A DNA stretch of 37,352 nucleotides from Pseudomonadota bacterium (lineage in GTDB: Bacteria > UBA10199 > 2-02-FULL-44-16 > JBDRGF01): positions 1 through 37,352 of the forward strand of contig JBDRGF010000058.1 in NCBI GenBank assembly GCA_043818055.1, in the 5' to 3' direction. A program made the position numbers and the translations under genes. Positions 35,938 to 37,352 of the stretch are shown one piece after another. Under the pieces are notes generated by a model. The model saw only the letters and a program-made list of their open reading frames with translations, ran no database searches and was not told where the DNA came from. Position 1 is the stretch's first letter. Every line of letters starts with the position of its first letter.

Positions 35938-37352
35938 GTGTCAAATAGACTGAACAGCATATTGATGACCTTAGCATTATTTCTGACCCCTGTTATCTCA
36001 TTTGCAGGTGTATATCCCGTCTGCGGGAAATTTGAGATAGATTCCCCCCGTCCCATACGTTTTACGAGCCTTGAGAGAGAGCTTGCCTGTGGCGAGTCGA
36101 AGCTGGAGGCATGGAAGAAGATCCCGACCGATCAGTCGCAATTTCTATTCACCTCCTTTCTTCAGGAGCGGGGCTATTATTTTCCGACCTTCAGGAAGGA
36201 TGGAGAGAAAATAACCATAGTAGCAGGTGAGAGAAGCAAAATAACAAAGCTGATAATCGAAGGAGATATGCCCGAAGATTTCAAAGTAAAGAGGCAGCGG
36301 AAGATAATCGGAGAGGTGCTAACTCCTCCGCGCCTCAATGTGATAGAGAAGAGGATAAGCTCGTGGCTCTCTTCGCATGGATATCCCTGTCCTACGGTGA
36401 AGGCGAGTGCTCAGGCTGCAAGCGGGATGGTTACAATACATGTCGATACCGATGAGCTTGTGAAACTAGATTCTATAGAGGAAGCGCCGCTCGATGATTT
36501 GAAAAAAGGAGTGCTGAGACGATATGACTCGTTCAAGCTCGGCAAAACATATAACAACGATCTTCTGACCCTCACGACGAGAAGGATAGAGAAGGATGGA
36601 ATTTTGTCGAGCAGCTATTTTGTCACCGATTGTCTCAAAGATTGCACAAATGTGGAGCAACGCTCGATCGCGGGAAAGCCGCGCCTATTTATTTTCGGAG
36701 TAGGTGTTAGCACCGAGGAATACGGAATCGGTAAGGCCTCCTGGAAACATGCGAGGCTTGGCAAAAATGGATCATCCATTGAGTTTTCCACATACGCATC
36801 ATACAGGCTGCAGCGCTTCGCCTCGATGGCGAAGCTCTATCTGCTTCCCAAACCATCAAGATGGTTTCTGGCTCCACTCGTCACCTTTCAACGTGAAAAT
36901 GAAAAGCAGTACGATCTGATCAGGCTCGACGCCATGCTGGCCCCGTCAATGACGTGGGACGGCGAGGTAATAGGGGTGCAATTAGGGTTCGGACCGAATT
37001 TGAATTTTACGCATACATTTCAAGGTGACAACAAGGGATCGACAAAGGCACTCTCTGTCGTGGGCGGCATAAAGGTAACAAGCCATGATTTCGAATTCTA
37101 TGACGCTGAACCGAGAAGCGGTTTCAATATCAATTTTACGACAGCCCTTGAAAACAGAAATCTACTTTCGTCAATTACCGCCCAGAGCATCAATCTGAAC
37201 GGCGAGGTCCTCTTCAACGTCGCGGATTTCAATCCTCCATTTCTGGTGTTGGGATTTAAGTATGGGGCAGCCACGACGATAGTCAAAAAAGGTACTTATT
37301 CATATCAACATCTGCCTCCAACTTATCAGAAATATCTGGGAGGCTCCGACAA
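35938..37352 (+). CDS. BamA/TamA (Omp85) family outer-membrane protein, partial (runs off the window)
   Basis: Open frame from GTG 35938 to the window end; signal peptide, POTRA-like L..RGYY and L...GYP, beta-strand region FGVGVSTE, ends LPP....YLGG. Not in the ORF track. Confidence 0.8.
   Translation, partial: MSNRLNSILMTLALFLTPVISFAGVYPVCGKFEIDSPRPIRFTSLERELACGESKLEAWKKIPTDQSQFLFTSFLQERGYYFPTFRKDGEKITIVAGERSKITKLIIEGDMPEDFKVKRQRKIIGEVLTPPRLNVIEKRISSWLSSHGYPCPTVKASAQAASGMVTIHVDTDELVKLDSIEEAPLDDLKKGVLRRYDSFKLGKTYNNDLLTLTTRRIEKDGILSSSYFVTDCLKDCTNVEQRSIAGKPRLFIFGVGVSTEEYGIGKASWKHARLGKNGSSIEFSTYASYRLQRFASMAKLYLLPKPSRWFLAPLVTFQRENEKQYDLIRLDAMLAPSMTWDGEVIGVQLGFGPNLNFTHTFQGDNKGSTKALSVVGGIKVTSHDFEFYDAEPRSGFNINFTTALENRNLLSSITAQSINLNGEVLFNVADFNPPFLVLGFKYGAATTIVKKGTYSYQHLPPTYQKYLGGSD

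Noticed and set aside
487..37286. Numerous short ORFs antisense to or overlapping the called genes
   Set aside because: They shadow well-supported genes and show no recognisable motifs.

Overview
Bacterial chromosomal segment with a deltaproteobacteria/Myxococcota-like gene set (inference). Housekeeping arms (ridA-like, methyltransferase, pepA, tmk-holB-PSP1/ricT-metG, beta-barrel OMP on the left; typA, polyprenol-kinase-like, PAP2, patatin, MFS, serine hydrolase, spondin lipoprotein, partial BamA/TamA on the right) flank a ~15.9-kb integrated element (10843-26773) whose genes all lie on the minus strand. The element carries a large serine recombinase (LSR), a gene II/X-like replication initiator, a SpoVG-like protein and a defence block: HEPN-motif protein, Type I R-M hsdM-hsdS-hsdR (HsdR fused to an intact LexA/S24 autopeptidase domain), TIR - membrane protein - TIR, a second HEPN-motif protein and a YhcG/DUF1016 nuclease. 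Joining the element ends at a shared GGGGAG core (i) rebuilds a GTAG-type REP in an inverted REP doublet as the empty host site and (ii) fuses the LSR in frame to a 32-aa C-terminal tail ending -QQAA that now sits at the far end of the element. The integrase therefore appears to have inserted into a REP and swapped its own C-terminus on integration. Also seen: a 39-bp-period palindrome array shared by yhcG and the region upstream of the integrase, an AAA ATPase with a collapsed partner gene, an ISAzo13-type transposase end and several intergenic palindromic repeat families. All family assignments are from motif recognition by eye, not database searches.
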